Source: Nitrososphaerota archaeon | Lineage (GTDB): Archaea > Thermoproteota > Nitrososphaeria > Nitrososphaerales > Nitrosopumilaceae | DNA: 32,000 bases | NCBI GenBank assembly: GCA_013288545.1 | Contig: JABDBR010000005.1 | Span: 1-32,000 of the forward strand | Direction of reading: 5' to 3' | Part shown: piece by piece, positions 31,320-32,000 of the stretch | Layout: every line of letters starts with the position of its first letter | Numbering within the stretch: position 1 is the stretch's first letter | Translations under genes and position numbers: made by a program | Notes under the pieces: model-generated | Seen by the model: only the letters and a program-made list of their open reading frames with translations | What the model was told of the DNA's origin: nothing | Databases searched by the model: none

Positions 31320-32000
31320 ATGACTCATCGAGTTGCAGTATTGGATAAAGAAAACTGTCAGACCAAAAAATGTGGTTTGGAGTGTATCAAATATTGTCCA
31401 GTAAATAAAATGGGGCAAGATTGCATAGTACTAAATGAAGAAACTGCCAAGGCCCAAATCGATGAAGACATTTGCAATGGATGTGGAATTTGTGTCAAGG
31501 TTTGTCCATTTGATGCAATAACGATTGTCAATCTGGCTGAGGAACTAAAATCAGACAAGATTCACCAGTATGGCCAGAATGCATTTAGGCTTTACAGAAT
31601 TCCAAGTTTGAAGAAAGGTCAGGTCATGGGCTTGCTTGGAAGAAATGGCATAGGAAAAAGTACTGTTGTAAGCATACTATCTGGAAACCTAAGACCAAAC
31701 TTGGGAGATTACAATTCACCTCCAGAATGGAGCGAGGTTTTAAAACACTTTCAAGGCACTGAGCTTAAACCGCATTTTGAAAAAATAGCAAATAATGAAT
31801 TAAAAGCATCAATAAAACCGCAGCAAGTATACAACTTAGCCAAGGTATTTGATGGCAATGCAAAAGAACTTTTGGAAAAATATGATGAGCGTGGAAAGGC
31901 AAAAGAACTAGTACAACAGCTTGGCTTGCAAAATTCTTTAGAAAATAAACTTACAGATTTGAGTGGTGGAGAACTGCAGAGAATTGCAGTTGCAGTTGCG
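31320..32000 (+). CDS. abce1: ABCE1 (RNase L inhibitor-type ribosome-recycling ABC ATPase), N-terminal 227 codons; continues beyond window
   Basis: Hand translation gives MTHRVAVLDKENCQTKKCGLECIKYCPV...ICNGCGICVKVCPFDAITIVNL (two 4Fe-4S motifs), then HQYGQNAFRLY, Walker A GLLGRNGIGKST, and the signature LSGGELQR near the window end. It is absent from the ORF track because no stop lies in the window. Confidence 0.93.
   Translation, partial: MTHRVAVLDKENCQTKKCGLECIKYCPVNKMGQDCIVLNEETAKAQIDEDICNGCGICVKVCPFDAITIVNLAEELKSDKIHQYGQNAFRLYRIPSLKKGQVMGLLGRNGIGKSTVVSILSGNLRPNLGDYNSPPEWSEVLKHFQGTELKPHFEKIANNELKASIKPQQVYNLAKVFDGNAKELLEKYDERGKAKELVQQLGLQNSLENKLTDLSGGELQRIAVAVA

Noticed and set aside
1-32000. 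Search for mobile elements, CRISPR arrays and long tandem repeats across the window.
   Set aside because: No transposase or integrase motifs, no regularly spaced direct repeats, and no terminal inverted repeats were seen. The only notable repeat is the 49-nt promoter duplication reported above.

Overview
AT-rich archaeal chromosomal segment. It is assigned to an ammonia-oxidising archaeon (Nitrosopumilales-type Thaumarchaeota/Nitrososphaeria) from full-length archaeal AmoA, AmoX, AmoC and AmoB proteins (7.3-10.0 kb). Left to right the window holds: the 3' end of a PEF-CTERM exoprotein; four tRNAs, two with introns (tRNA-Leu appears to have two); a thioredoxin-fold protein; a wHTH/B12-binding-like regulator; a PAS histidine-kinase-like protein lacking the phospho-accepting His; a Dam methylase plus AbiTii-like pair directly downstream of amoA; the amoA-amoX-amoC / amoB cluster; a cupredoxin-like protein; a DUF1080/LamG-like exoprotein; an Amt ammonium transporter; a ~2.5 kb very AT-rich cassette of hypothetical genes ending in an orphan Cas4-like Fe-S nuclease; a PII protein; small membrane proteins; an S15-RecJ/GAN-Pcc1-SerS operon; S3Ae; a DUF54 protein; a geranylgeranyl-reductase-family flavoprotein; a MoxR-AAA+/VWA/ASCH operon; a non-oxidative pentose-phosphate operon with a transketolase-N::Rpe fusion; a DCC-type oxidoreductase; a 42-aa C2H2 zinc-finger micro-ORF; a stand-alone 5S rRNA; and the 5' part of ABCE1, which is absent from the ORF track because it runs off the window. 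Many checked genes have a TATA-like box about 23 nt upstream of the start codon, suggesting leaderless mRNAs. This shows that several ORF-track starts (amoA, amt) are over-extended. No CRISPR array, transposase or integrase was seen. The most unusual signal is a 49-nt promoter-bearing direct repeat (44/49 identical). It sits at identical spacing in front of both amt and the Cas4-like gene. The two copies bracket the 2.5 kb cassette that separates amt from the PII gene.
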